A DNA stretch of 64,000 nucleotides from contig OZ024743.1 of NCBI GenBank assembly GCA_964016885.1, positions 320,044,001 through 320,108,000 on the forward strand, in the 5' to 3' direction. The DNA comes from Eledone cirrhosa. Lineage: Eukaryota. Within the stretch, counting starts at the first letter, position 1. Each line of letters starts with the position of its first letter. Of the stretch, positions 1 through 13,570 are shown one piece after another. The position numbers and the translations under genes were made by a program. The notes under the pieces are model-generated. The model did not search any database. It saw only the letters and a list, made by a program, of their open reading frames with translations, and had not been told where the DNA came from.

Positions 1-2400
1 AATATTCCAGCCAGGTAGATTATATCCTTACCAGAAGACGTGACAGAGTGTCTGTTGTAAACACTAAATCCCTCCCCCATGAAGAATGCACCTCCCAACA
101 TAGACTGATAATTAGCGACCTCATAGTCAGGACGAGACGTACCCGACAGCAGAAGAGGACTATCCTCAGGAGAAAAATATGGAAGCTAAAGGACCCCACA
201 GCCAGAAATAAATTTCAAAGCATATTACTTGATGCTTTCGACAGTAAGGAAGAGCATTTAGAGTCGTACAATATAGAGGAACAGTGGGAATTCCTGAAAG
301 CAAACCTGTTGATGGCAGTAGACGAAGTCTGTGGCCGGAGTAGGCCTATATGCAGGAGGAGAGTAACATGGTGGTGGAACAGTAAGGTGGAGAAGTCGAT
401 TGAGGCCAAAAAGCAGGCTTGGAAAGTATGGCGGGATGGGGGAAGTAGAGAAGACTATCAGGTGGCCAGGAGGGAAGCTAGGAGACAAGTGTACTTCGCA
501 AGAAGGGAAGCAGAGGAAAGAAAGTTCAAGCATGTTCTACAACGCGAGGACCAAAAACGTGAGGTGTTCAGGATTGCTAGGCAATGTGTCAAGGAAAACC
601 GTGATATTGTCGGGGAGAAGTGTGTACTTAACGATGATGGCGTACTTGCCATCACTGACGCTGATAAGAAGGTAGCTTGGAAGTGTCACTACGAAGGGCT
701 ACTAAACGAGGAGAAAAAATGGGAGAAAGACAGTCTCCCCCACATCGACGCAATAGAGGGACCAGCAGTGTTAGTCGAAGGTAGTATAATAAGTAAGGCA
801 ATCAAAGATATGAAGACGGGTAAGGCGGCTGGGCCTTCGGAAATAGTTGCTGAGATGCTGAAAGCCTCTGGAACGGTGGGACACACCATGGTCACCCGGA
901 TAGTAAACCAAGTCATACAGAATGGGGTTGTTCCGAAGGACTGGCGTAGCAGCATCATCGTTAACTGTTACAAGGGTAAAGGAGACGCCCTAGATAGGAG
1001 TAACTATAGAGGCATTAAATTAATCGACCAGGTCATGAAGGTCACGGAAAAAGTAATAGCGCAACTAATCAGAGAGAGAATTGATCTGGATGAAATGCAG
1101 TTCGGGTTTGTCTCAGGTAAAAGTACCACAGACGCTCTTTTCATTGTACGACCACTACAGAAGTACCTAGCTAAATGTAATCCCCTATACTTAGCTTTTT
1201 TCGACTTGGAGAAAGCCTTCGACAGAGTCCCCCGTTCCATTATCTGGTGGGCTCTTAGAAAACTAGGTGTTGACGAATGGCTTGTGAGAGCTATACAAGC
1301 CATGTATAAAGAAACAGTCAGCAAGGTTAGAATTAACAACGAATATAGTGAAGAGTTTAGCTTAAAATTTGGTGTCCATCAGGGCTCTGTTCTTAGCCCC
1401 CTACTATTTATTATTGCCCTTCAGGCTATAACAGAGGAGTTCAAGACCGGCTGCCCATGGAAACTCCTATACGCAGATGATCTAACGCTCATAGCTGAAT
1501 CAATGGCCGAGCTAGAGAAGAAATTCCAAACATGGAAGCACAGCCTAGAATCAAAAGGCCTTAAAATTAACCTGGCTAAGACTAAAGTTCTAGTTTGTAG
1601 GAAAGAAAATAAGGCGCCGGTCCCTTCCGGGAAATGACCATGCTCAGTGTGTAGGAAAGGCGTAGGTAGAAACTCCATTTTATGTCCCAAATGCAAAGTA
1701 TGGGTGCATAAAAGATGTAGTGGGATCACAGGTAAGCTAACTAAGAACATAGATTTTACATGTGGCCGGTGCTCTGGCGCAATAAGTAGCAGCAAGTGCC
1801 CACAAAATACTAGCTCTTTCAATTGCGCAGAGGGTTCTATAGAAATAGTGGACAGCTTCTGTTACCTGGGTGACAAAATCAGCAGTGGGGGAGGGTGCTC
1901 TGAAAGTACAGTAGCTAGAGTCAGAACTGGATGGAAAAAGTTCAGAGAGCTTATACCACTATTAGCCGCTAAAGGGTTCTCCCTAAAAATGAAAGACAGG
2001 TTGTATGATGCCTGCATACGAACAGCAATGTTGCATGGCAGTGAGACCTGGTCATTGTGTGCAGAGGATATACGCAGACTAGAGAGGAACGAAGCTTGCA
2101 TGCTCTGCGGGATGTGTAATAGTAATATACGTGAACGGCAAAGCATAAACGAACTAAGGAAAAAATTAGAAATAAGAGGGATCAGATGTTGTTTACTCGA
2201 GAGAAGGCTACGTTGGTATGGTCACGTGATGCGCAAGAAAGACGACAGCTGTATAACAAAGTGCAGGGCAATAAAGATAGACGGTAGCCACGGAGTAGGC
2301 AGACCCAGAAAAAAGCTGGGACGAGCTGATAAATTCCGACCTCACGCACTTATACCTCTCCAAGACATGGTCGTTAAACGATGATGATGATGATGATGAT
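1..2400 (+). mobile_element. RTE-clade non-LTR retrotransposon (LINE), 5' part outside the window, ending in a (GAT)n tail
   Basis: ORFs 48-1637 and 1647-2384 are in the same frame. They encode an APE C-terminal remnant (QHRLIISD), WWWN, RT motifs (FFDLEKAFDRVP, GVHQGSVLSP, LLYADD) and the RTE-type C-terminus (RRLRWYGHVMR, GRPRK). (GAT)7 lies at ~2380-2400. Confidence 0.9.
48..2384 (+). pseudogene. RTE ORF (EN remnant, RT, PHD-like finger) broken by an in-frame TGA at 1635-1637 and a 3' frameshift
   Basis: Reads GK*PCSVCRKGVGRNSILCPKCKVWVHKRC...FTCGRC across the stop; the stop probably replaces Trp. Confidence 0.85.
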
Positions 2401-2639
2401 TGTATATTTACTCCAATAATTTGTTGAGTGCTTTATATCAGTTATAAAAATATTTTGCTTGTTGTATCCCGACAAATTAAATATAACCTCTACACACACA
2501 CACACACGCGCGTGCGCACACATACATATATATATATATAATTTAATTCTAGGGCGGGTAAAATTCCCGAGATCCATGGAAGAGTTCTCTCCAGCGGGCT
2601 CTCTCCCTCATTATCGCTGCCATATATATATGTGTGTAT

Positions 2640-2709
<70 letters not shown>

Positions 2710-2842
2710 ATGCTTGTATATATGTGTGTATGGGTATGTGTACGTGTGTATATATATATATTAATAATAAGACTAAAATTCAAACAGGGCTCGATAAGGA
2801 TAAATATATATCAAATATATACGAACCGTAGAGCAAATATTT

Positions 2843-2998
2843 ATTAAAATAACAGATTAAAGTTTAAGCAAAGTATCGCTGCTTTCACCCTTAACGGGAT
2901 CTTCTGAAACTAACAGATTGACTTTGTTAGTTTCAGAAAATCCCGTTAAGGGTGAAAGCAGTGATTCTTTGCTTAAACAACTTTAATCTGTTATTTTA

Positions 2999-3000
<2 letters not shown>
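2843..3000. repeat. ~160 bp imperfect palindrome (fold-back) next to (TA)n, with a degenerate HHR-like motif in each arm
   Basis: attaaaataacagattaaag...gaaactaaca / tgttagtttc...ctttaatctgttattttaat. Arm motif: CAGAAGA-TCCC-GTTAA-GGGT-GAAA. Confidence 0.85.
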
Positions 3001-3037
<37 letters not shown>

Positions 3038-3071
3038 TTACAAAAATCAAAGTTCAGTTTAAATCATTTAT

Positions 3072-3120
3072 TTGCTTACAATTGTTTCCTCCAAACCGAG
3101 GTTTGCATTCTTCGGAGCAA
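3072..3120 (-). ncRNA. Type I hammerhead ribozyme (U4C core variant)
   Basis: Minus strand: TTGCT-CCGAAGA-atgCAAACC tc GGTTTGgag-GAAA-CAATTG-TA-AGCAA. Stem I has 5 bp, stem III is palindromic, cleavage site GUA. Confidence 0.7.
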
Positions 3121-4090
3121 CTATTTAGTGATCTATAACATACTTGACCTCCTTTTCAACACAAGAGAGATATAAAAACATTATGCATATATTGACCCAC
3201 AGTGGGTTGACATCCATCATAATGATATAGCATGGCAATTTACATATAAAGGTTAAAGGATTAAAATAAAAATAAAAAATAAAAATAAAAATAAAAATAA
3301 AACATTGGCAGTTTATGAAGATAAAGCAACAGGAATGTTTAGAGTAGTCAGTGTATGAAACAATCTCACGTGTAGCATGCACGCGTGTCTTATTTATACA
3401 GGTTTAGAGTGCGGCAGATTGTTACTTGTAGAATCAGGTAGTTAAAGCAGGCAATCAATAGTATCATGTGGGCCGTATTGTTAAATCATTTTTTCGCATA
3501 CACCTGTATGATATACAATCCCGAATGTAGAGAAACACCAAAATATCAAACATATTATAAAACATATTATAAAATAGGCAAAACAGCACCATTGTCTTCG
3601 CACACACCACCACTCACACAATCCATGAAACGCAATATATAGACTACAGAACTATCACACAATCCACGATGATTCATTGAGTGTCTGGAGAACCAAGTTA
3701 TAAACCATATCTTGTTTCTTAATAGATCAGGTTGTTTTAGTTGTGTGAGATGACATTCTATTATATTCCGGAAGTGTGTGTGTGACTAAGGGGAGTTAAT
3801 GCGTAAGGGGAGGTAACTAGCTGATTTTCATAGTTAAATTTATTATCCTAAATTACATTAATGGTGTTTCAAATGAGTCCCTATCATATGAGGTTATAAC
3901 CAATTCCTAAATTAGGTTACTTATCTATAAATTACAGTGTAGTCTATTAAGAAGTACTAAAGGTGTTCATATCAGGATGATTACCTTCTATTATGAATGA
4001 CTATCTTTCCCTATTTGGGGTTTATATATAAAAAATATATAACTATAAAAGGTTTTATTATATACATAACCATAAATAGTATCCTTAATA

Positions 4091-4153
<63 letters not shown>

Positions 4154-4286
4154 GTGAGGTATTTTTTACAAAATGAAAAATAACCGAGGTGTCCTACACG
4201 AGTGAAAGTATAAAGAAATAGAGATGAAATCGAAAATGCAACTGGAGTCTTATTTTTTTTTTAAATATATATATATTTATTTGGTT

Positions 4287-4324
4287 CCTTTACCGGTTTC
4301 GCAGTTCTTCTGCTTTTCAAAAGG
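4287..4324 (-). ncRNA. Hammerhead ribozyme, U3-A8 variant (left arm)
   Basis: Minus strand: CCTT-TTGAAAA-GCAG aagaa CTGC-GAAA-CCGG-TA-AAGG. Confidence 0.75.
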
Positions 4325-4673
4325 TGAGTTGAGATGGAGGGTCTGTGGTTTTTCTCACATCTGGTTGGTCTCTGAATGTTACTTGTTTTATATGGCAAAA
4401 AATGGCTCGAAATGCCAGGTTTTTCGAGAAGTAATTTGATTGGTTTGTCAATAATTATAATAAATTTCGCGCCAGTTCGCGTTACAATAGTTCCCTTATT
4501 TGAAGAACTATTGTAACGCGAACTGGCGCGAAATTTATTATAATTATTGACAAACCAATCAAATTACTTCTCGAAAAACCTGGCATTTCGAGCCACTTTT
4601 TCCATATAAAACAAGTAACATTCAGAGACCAACCAGATGTGAGAAAAACCACAGACCCTCCATCTCAACTCAG

Positions 4674-4709
4674 CTTTTGAAAAGCAGAAGAACTGCGAAA
4701 CCGGTAAAG
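4674..4709 (+). ncRNA. Hammerhead ribozyme, U3-A8 variant (right arm)
   Basis: CTT-TTGAAAA-GCAG aagaa CTGC-GAAA-CCGG-TA-AAG. Confidence 0.75.
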
Positions 4710-4782
4710 GAACCAAATAAATATATATATTTTTAAAAAAAATAAGACTCCAGTTGCATTTTCGATTTCATCTCTTTTTCTT

Positions 4783-4876
<94 letters not shown>

Positions 4877-5304
4877 TATTGATATTTATATATATGTGTG
4901 TATGTGTATATACACATGCGTGTATGTATAGAGCTTTTTGTTTATGTGTTTTTGTGTTTGTATGTATGTATGTTTATATGTGTGCGTGTGTATTTGTGTG
5001 TATATTTTTGAGTATATATATATATCTGTGTATATGTTTGTGTATGTATTTATAATCCTGTTCGTATTTCTATGTAGACGCAGATACGCTTATGTGAAAA
5101 AGGAAAGTATACGTCTACGTACTATTACGTATATGCGCGTAGTTGAGTGTGTGTATGTTTTTGTTCTGGATATTTATTTTTTTATATATATTTTTTATAT
5201 TTTTTCCCTTATTTCGTTTTTGTCCATTTTTTTTTCAGCCTCACTTTCGTATTTCCTAAATTTTGTTTTCAAATCCATATTTAATAAAAACACCATGTTA
5301 TTTA

Positions 5305-5365
5305 TTCATTCTGACGACTGAAGACAGACGCAGCATCTGCCTTCAAGAAACTAGTGGTAAATGAA
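5305..5365 (+). ncRNA. Type I hammerhead ribozyme in a PLE pLTR-like repeat (~5250-5460; inverted relative at ~15660-15870)
   Basis: TTCATT-CTGACGA-cTGAAGacaga...tctgcCTTCAa-GAAA-CTAGTGG-TA-AATGAA. Confidence 0.8.
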
Positions 5366-5489
5366 ATAATTATTTGTGTTGTTTATTAGATAACTAATAA
5401 GTTATGTAGCCTACATAGAGCACTCTTTTTTCCTCTACCTTTCCGACGGAAATACTTCATATATATATATATATTTATATATCTATCTA

Positions 5490-5530
<41 letters not shown>

Positions 5531-6134
5531 AATTAAGTTAAAAGTGTACATCCACATATGTATACTGAAATACTAGTATGCATATAAATACACACACGTA
5601 TACATATGTACATGTACCGAGCTTTTCACTGGACACTTTACTGTGAGTGTTCAGCTAGTCCGTATGTAAACACACAGACAAACCGGTTTTTAGAGTCATA
5701 CTGGTTTTCGAGGAAACACCTTTCCTCTATTCTCCAGAGAGCCAGACAGGAATATTGGACTAGTTTCGATGTTATTACATCTCATTAGCAATATATACCC
5801 ATCCTCCGGCCTCTCTAGAGAATCCTAAAAGCACATATCGTTATATGCTTTTTCTAAGAAAATTAGTAGTGGGCAGACTAATTTGCATAGAGCGTGAGTA
5901 CGTACCGGTTCAGCGGTGTCTGTGTGTAATACATCTCATACAACACCTGTGCTTCATATATTAGTTGGGTTTACATATATTGATTGTATCTAGGAAAAAT
6001 CATCTTATATATTACACAAGACTTCTAGCTTAGAAAGTGGCAACGCAGATCATCAATATCATATCAATATAAATACACGCCTGAACTTACACTCACAAAT
6101 GCACACAGACAGACACACACAAAGACATTCGTAC

Positions 6135-6165
<31 letters not shown>

Positions 6166-6199
6166 TGTATGTATGTATGTATGTATGTATGTATGTATG

Positions 6200-6289
<90 letters not shown>

Positions 6290-6396
6290 TATCATAAAAC
6301 ATGTCTATAGAATCACCAGATACAATATATACCATTTCCTCTCCCACATATATATATATATATATAAGTGGGAGACATATATATATATATGTGTTT

Positions 6397-6444
<48 letters not shown>

Positions 6445-7008
6445 CTAAACCTTTATATGTAATAAACTCCCTTAGATTGAGATGCAGTTTTGGCTGTATT
6501 GTGCTGCGCTTTCTAGCAAAAACCCTCCAGCCGTAAGCAACTAATCACATTCTTTCTAACCTGACCGCTGCTACGTCACGATTCTTACCCATGTTTGAAT
6601 GTATTCTTGGCGCGATCACTTTGGAAAATGTATTGTCTAAATTTGAGCTAACTTCCTGAAGAGTACGGTGCTCTAGGTGTCCGATGCTATCGGATATCTT
6701 AAAATGCGGACGAAACCATGGTAGAGGTACTAAATATGTTCACTTTTCTCCTAGTTTATTTTACACCTAATTATGTTTGGTTGACTGTATATCTGAGCGA
6801 TTCATACACGCTGTCGAAATACTCCATAAATATTCCGTCGCAACCGACGCGAAGAGATGCTTTCGGTTATTTGTCGGATATTTCTTCATAGAAGCCTTTA
6901 TTCTTATAGCTTGGTCTAATCGATTTTTTATATGGTTAATTATGTTATTTGGGAGATGAAATGATATATATTTTATCTGGTGATTCTATAAACATGTTTT
7001 ATGATATA
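6290..7008 (+). mobile_element. Non-coding PLE-like fragment bounded by ~57 bp inverted repeats and containing an HHR
   Basis: 6290-6346 (tcataaaacatgtctatagaatcaccagata...) is the reverse complement of 6950-7008. HHR at 6651. Confidence 0.65.
6651..6728 (+). ncRNA. Type I hammerhead ribozyme with a long stem II
   Basis: ACTTC-CTGAAGA-GT...AGGTGTCCGA tgcta TCGGATATCT...AC-GAAA-CCATGG-TA-GAGGT. Confidence 0.8.
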
Positions 7009-7064
7009 TAGCTCTGATTATTTAATTTATTAACTCTTCATTGAGTCACAAAGTGACCCGTTGC

Positions 7065-7153
<89 letters not shown>

Positions 7154-7177
7154 AAACCTTTATATGTATATATATAT

Positions 7178-7743
7178 AATAAGGAAATACAAAGAAGTTT
7201 AGATGTTAAAGTCCTTTGTTGATGAACCTAGTTTTAAGTAAATAAGGAATATAGCCTAAAGTGTGGAGCGTGAAAATTTAAACAGAATAAGTTAATATCG
7301 TCTTCAATGCGATATGCAGGAAAAACAAGGGGTTCTTTGTTGCTTTTAGTTCTACTTATTTATCCAGTCGAAAGTTTGTTCAACATTTTAAATTCGTCCA
7401 GTGGTAGGGATTCAATTAGTTCCATAGGAGGGAACTTCGTACGATAGTTTGCTATGGTTTGCGATAGTAGTCAGCTACATATCCAACATTTACACATGCG
7501 CAGACCTGCGGGCGTGAATTGAACCTCACTGGGGAACGGGAATTCGCTTCATGAAAAATCGTGTTTTTCCGTTTCCTTGTCACTTCAATTTTGGATTTCC
7601 TCCTGATTATATAAGAAACTGTCTGGTGAGATTATGACACTGGGTACATGCAGAATCGCGTGGCCACTGTCGTCATCGAAATATGTATCACGGCCTTATC
7701 AATAAAGGACTTTAACATCTAAATTACTTTGTATTTCCTTATT
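7178..7743 (+). mobile_element. Non-coding element with ~55 bp terminal inverted repeats and a degenerate HHR (7617-7692)
   Basis: aataaggaaatacaaag...aaagtcctttgttgat versus atcaataaaggacttt...ctttgtatttccttatt. Internal motif CTGGTGA-GATTATGACACTGG...CCACTGTCGTCATC-GAAA-TATG-TA. Confidence 0.6.
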
Positions 7744-7883
7744 CTAAAAATACTCCGTCATTCCTATGTGGAAAATGCCCGTTGAGTTCTCGAATTGAAT
7801 TACATCAATGTTTTACAGTCTCTCTATATATATAAATGAAATAATAGGAGGCTGGACTGGTGTAAATCCTTGAAAGCTTTATT

Positions 7884-7941
7884 ATACTATGATCATTTCA
7901 ATGACCGGGTTCCATATGAATCCGGTGATATCATCAGGTAT
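7884..7941 (-). ncRNA. Type I hammerhead ribozyme with a canonical core
   Basis: Minus strand: ATAC-CTGATGA-tATcACCGG...CCGGTcATt-GAAA-TGATCA-TA-GTAT. Palindromic stem III, AUA site. Confidence 0.85.
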
Positions 7942-8842
7942 TGGAATATAACAAAGGAATATGTAAAAAGCCATGGGTCCGAAAAACCATGGGTCCGAGA
8001 AACCAGAGACAGAGAGGGCTGCTGACCAACTAGCTTCACAGCCAGCCGCCCTCAAGGTGTTGGCAACCAAAAACTACCAATGAATATCTGGTAAGGGGGC
8101 GCAGGCCTATCATATACTACCACCACTCCGTCAAAGAAGAAGAGGAAGAAAGAAAGAAAGAAAGGGAGAAAGAAGTGTAGTGTAAGGGTCAAACTACATT
8201 CATGTTAGAAAATGCCGCGAAAAAAATGCTACCCAAAGAATCTATAGTGGGTGTCTGTATGGTCTAATGTGTGAACCGAAGATTGGAACGCTAAACTTAT
8301 GTTGCGAGTTATAGGATGAAATAAATTAAATTTAAAATATTATATTGCAAAGTGGTAATTTGAAAAATAGAGGTAGCGAGATTTATTTAACGAACTTACG
8401 GAGAGAGTCTTATATGAACATTTTTTTTTATTTAACTCGATAAGATATTAGGATGGGATATAGAGTAATGATGTCGATTGGTAGTCCCAGCCAGCACACC
8501 CACCACCGTGAGTCAGCCAGTCTCAGGTGGTATCGTCCAGCGAAAGAAATGGAAATTAATTTTTCCGAGTACTCTAGGAACGTAGCTAACTTTGGCTCCG
8601 GGATCGCTAGCGGGAACCCCACAATTTCGACAGGCCATCGTCTATACCACGAATACTATTAAATCACACATTAGGGGCGAATAGACATTACGTGTCAATA
8701 GAGGCATGATAAAGCTAATAGTTGTGCCCAAACCTGGAGTTTGTAGGTACAGGTATAATTACGCGGCCAAAACAGGTGGCGCGGTGGGACTGGGGCAGAG
8801 CAAGCCACTCCGAGTAATTTAATTTACCGAAAGAGGAGAAAT

Positions 8843-9123
<281 letters not shown>

Positions 9124-10299
9124 CGTTTAAATAGCTTGACAAATCGAACATTGTGGTAGGCAAAATCTAACGATGGAACTAACAGGTTGAGAAAAGTACA
9201 CCTGGACAAATCAAACGATTATACGTTCAAAGTGTTTCTTTGAAATCCAAAATCAAATATCAGACTTACGTGACTGGCAAGCTCGTGGTATTCATGATCG
9301 AACAGAGGATTCAGTTTTTCAGCAGGTTTTCGTTCTACCCAGAACAGGGGTGATAGTCTAAATGTTGCTGCTAGATGCAGCGTATCGTATCTATATCTGT
9401 CCCGTGTTAATTCCAGCAAGGTAAATAACCCCCGGTTTTTGGCGGGTCATTAAAAATGTTAGACAAAGGAAATATTTTAAATAATATATAGAGAGAGGGA
9501 GAGAGAGAGAGGGGGAGAGAGAGGGGCGAGAGAGAGTGAGATAGAAAGAGATAGATAGATAGAGGATAGTGAGATAGATAGATAGATAGATAGAGAGAGA
9601 GAGTGAGAGGGAGAGGGGGAGTGGCTTTTGGATAGGCTGCTGGGATTACGATTGTATTTTCGGAGACACATTTCTGATCTAGCGATTTGTCTATAAACAA
9701 ACATTTTATTTCATTTCATAGCAGTCAATTCAACTGGCATAAATGAGTTGTAACTGTAATTCAAAATGGGCCAGCTTTCTCAAACAGTTTGACGCTGATT
9801 AATTTTATGCATTTCAGAAAGTAACATCCTTTTTAGAAGATAATTACTCCTATTACTCTGTCTATCGCAGAATATTTTGCCTTAATAGTAGCGCTATTTA
9901 TATCAAGCAGTCTAATTTGCATATGCATTTGTTAGATAATGTAATTAATTAAATAATAAAATTCTATGCAGAACACACTGTATATTGAATGAGGTAATAT
10001 AAATGTAATATAAAAATCTGGAAGTGTAAACGTTTAAAATGTTAGTTATCACCTGATAAGGATGGAATACTTTCTAAAACCTGTGAAGATAATGTCTTGC
10101 CTTGGTACGGACATCATGTAAATTATAATACACGCATCGGTTAAATTACTCTTCGGTTTTACTATTTATCACTTATAAACCCCAAACCTGTTGGTTATTT
10201 AACTAATTTATTAATTATGTCACCTCATCGTTGGCTCATGCCCCTGCGTTACCTCTTTCTCTCCTTAACGTTATCATATTTTTGGTGCCTGTCTGCAAT

Positions 10300-13200
10300 A
10301 GTGTTTTTGCATAATAATTGTTATTTGGTTACTCTGGATGAATTTCCAACTTTATATCAATCAACATAGAGTTGCGAGGGGAAAAAGGAATGCATGACAA
10401 GATTGAGCTCTGCAAATTTCAAAGACTATCTTTGATATTTGTTGATTGATATTGCAAAGCTCAACACACAGGAAACTGAAGCCTTAAGCGGTCGATGTGA
10501 AGAACTGTTTACATGATTGGGCTCCCTGGTAGGAACCAGTTGTTTCTTTGCCATAAAAAAATGATAGTGATTACTTCGATGAGATTTGGTAGTGTCTGTT
10601 TCGCAACCAATTCTGGTCTGTTACATATGTTTTGTGATCCAACTTTTGTCAACTTGTGTGAAGACATCCCAGCAGGTTCTAAATAGTTCAGACATTGATT
10701 AGATAATTGACTACTGTTTCATCACCTTGTCACATTGTCAAAAAACTTACATATTCATGAGTCACCTGGAATATTTCGAAGAATAATTAATATGTTGAGC
10801 CATCTCATTCTTAAAAGCAAGGATTACCCTTTCACTCAACCAAATTTCGTTGAAGAATTTCAGACATAGATTTGGATAAAATTTTGCCTTGGATTTGTCC
10901 AATTATTTTTACAGATTTCTCTGAACATTCTGCTAACTAGCACTAGAGGTTTGTCCATTTCTAATTTTGAGATATAATTCAGAAAACGCACCAGCTCTCA
11001 TTCCTTATAAAATCACTCTGACGTTGGCTTGTTAACCAATCTTCGTAACTTGCTGCCATAGTTATGATATCACAATGAGTGTCTTCAGTTCTCTACTACG
11101 GTCGTCCAAAACAGCGAGTTTGCGCATATCCAAAACTTTTGCAAGTCCAATTAGTTTCTTAGTGTTTATTATATTTACTCTTGTTGCAAGATCCAATGGC
11201 AGTTTGCGTATTGAATTTGCTGTTCTTTCTTCTTCCAACAATCTTACAACAATATCATATGAAGATAAAATCATGGCAATATTTGTCTCTTTGCCCATTA
11301 CATCTAGAATTTAGTCTTTCATGCTCCTCAAGTTGGGTCTAAAAAGATAAGTCCATTTTTGTTTTGCCCTTTGCAATATTTTGTTGTAGGTAGCTGGGAA
11401 CACACATTCAGTAATGATATTAACAAAGTCATTGAATGTTTCAACGTTTCAACATTGTGGGCATATTTCTCTCAGTATTGCACACTAAATATTAAGTGAA
11501 CAATTGTTCAAATGGTTGAAACATTTCAAACTGTTTACGACTTTTTTCTGTTTAGCGTGATAATTTCGTTTTTGAGTTGCAGGATAGCAACAATAAAAAT
11601 AGACATAAAGAATTAACTCAACTCTCAGACTTTCTGATTGAAACTTCTTCATGTTATCTTCTGACATGCTTTCCATACAATTCTCTCAAATCCCAAAAGC
11701 ATGATTGCAAATAGATTTCTCATGCGCGGAGAGGGTTTTGTAGCTTCTGCTTCGTTTAGAGGGTCATCTTAACGTGAATCATCAAGTAATCCATGTTGGT
11801 GGCAATATGGATCGTAAACTGTTCCTTTTACAGTTATGAAAGACTGAAATGAAGTTGGCCCTTTAGTTGTGTATAGCAGCAGCCGAAAGAAGACACATTT
11901 ACTGTTTTTGAATTAACTTTATCAACTTTCAAGTGGATTGCTTGTCTTAATCATTGGATATACGTCATCCAATGCTCTTTACAAGCTAGTTGATTCCACG
12001 TGAGAATTGATTGGACAGCAGTGACTTTCCAAACACCCCTGTCCGGAGAATGTAGTGAGTGTTGTTTTTATGGAATCAATAGCATTGTTCCATTGTCTTC
12101 GGAGATGCAAACCTTGTAATAATTATCTGGATATCGTTCCTAAATAGAAAAGTTGAAGATTCTTCACGAAGCTTAATTGTGGTTCTTTTCAATCAGAATG
12201 ACAGATTGGTCACTTCTCGTGTTCATTTATTTGCAGATATTTACATGATGCTTTTCAGTGAGATTCAGAATTCGACATTTATGTGAGAATCAAGTCTCTA
12301 GCACAGAAGAGGGCAGCTATTTGTTTATTTTTGGTAAATAATATTCTATTAGTTGAGCTTTCCCTCTGGTAGATAAGACATTCATCTTGCCCGATTTGAG
12401 CTTTTCAGTCTCAGTGATCTAGGTTATCTTTCGAAACATTTTCTATCCTTCATACGTAGAGAAATTTTGTTGAAATTGAAATATGCTCCATGTAGCTGTA
12501 GTCGTTTTTGATGATCTTAAAGAAGTTTATAACCCTCTTCCAGGTTTGGCAGCTTCCCACTGATGAATCAAACTGTTTGATCAAATTTATTTTTCATTTC
12601 AATCAAACCCGGGCGTCACTGTGAAAGTCGCATCTTCTGTCATTTAACAGAGTACATATAACATCTGACAGCAGAGAACCAAATATATCTCCTTTGTATA
12701 TCAGAGTCATCATCATTTGAACTTTCAAACGAATCTGTATATTATCACATATGTATGTCGGATCGCCGATGAAAGATGAATGTAATGTCATATCACCAAG
12801 TGACTAAAATCATTTACACGACCATATATCTCAACAGCATCCTTCATATATTTGTAGTCTCTAAATCTTAGTTGTTTTGTTTTAGGTTATAACGAAGAAA
12901 ATTACGACGTTCAGTTTCAATTGTTGCACAAATATTAACAGCAAATTGATTTGGAAGTTTTGTGGTTTGAAGTAGAAGATCACATTCATTTTTCTGTATG
13001 CGTAAAAGCTGTTGTAAAACACTTTAATGATTATGGATCCACTAGAAATTGGACCTCCTTATTAGCAGAGGAATATATATATATATATAGACCATCATCT
13101 GGGTAGGATAACATAAATGTTGGCATATATCCATGAAGTCTCATTATTAGTATACTATTTAGAAAAATGAAGTATATTTTCTTACATTGCTCAAAGATTG

Positions 13201-13400
13201 GTAGAGCAGCCCATTGGAGCTTCTTTTCATTATCAACGACAGGCAAGTTTCTAAGCCTTCTATAACCGATATATTTACTTTGCAAGTTTCACTACAACGT
13301 TTGGGCGTTTTTCTACCAAATATCGTTGCATTTTACTTCAGACATATCGAAGACATTCGACCAATGCACATTTTTTTATTGATACTTGTCATTGTTACAT
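10300..13400 (-). pseudogene. Highly decayed Helitron RepHel (Rep plus Pif1-like helicase)
   Basis: Minus-strand fragments: YMYSVK*QKMRL (~12620-12665; Rep motif 2, Y.IEWQKRGLPH); FRLLLYTTKG...GLLDD...LNEAEATK...MRNLFAIM (~11700-11890); IAMILSSYDIVVRLLEEERTANSIRKLPLDL (~11190-11285; Pif1 AVASSGIAATLL.GGRTAHS.FKLPL); RLQFPV / LSFAISINKYQR*SLK (~10415-10490). Boundaries are approximate. Confidence 0.75.
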
Positions 13401-13491
13401 GGATTGTATTCAAATGTTCCATTCATTAGTTCTTTCAAAGTTCTTAGTCCCTTTTGAATGATTAACAGCCAATATTATGTTCGTATATTAT

Positions 13492-13570
13492 GTTCAAATC
13501 CCGCCGAGGTTAACTTTGCCTTTCATCCTTACGGGGTCGATAAAATAAAGTACCAGTAATACACTGGGTA
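13492..13570 (+). mobile_element. tRNA-derived SINE fragment (B-box plus conserved central domain)
   Basis: GTTCAAATCCC (B-box-like) followed by gcctttcatccttacggggtcgataaaataagtacc, which resembles a conserved metazoan SINE core. Confidence 0.6.

Larger units (their letters stand above)
4211..4785. mobile_element. ~575 bp fold-back of a Neptune-type PLE pLTR (same family as 18020-18300), between (TA)n tracts
   Basis: Arms 4211-4492 and 4504-4785 are near-perfect reverse complements around an 11-nt spacer; the sequence matches 18020-18270. Confidence 0.9.

Noticed and set aside
1635-1637. TGA between the two RTE ORFs as programmed readthrough
   Set aside because: Best explained as a TGG>TGA mutation in a copy that also has other lesions.
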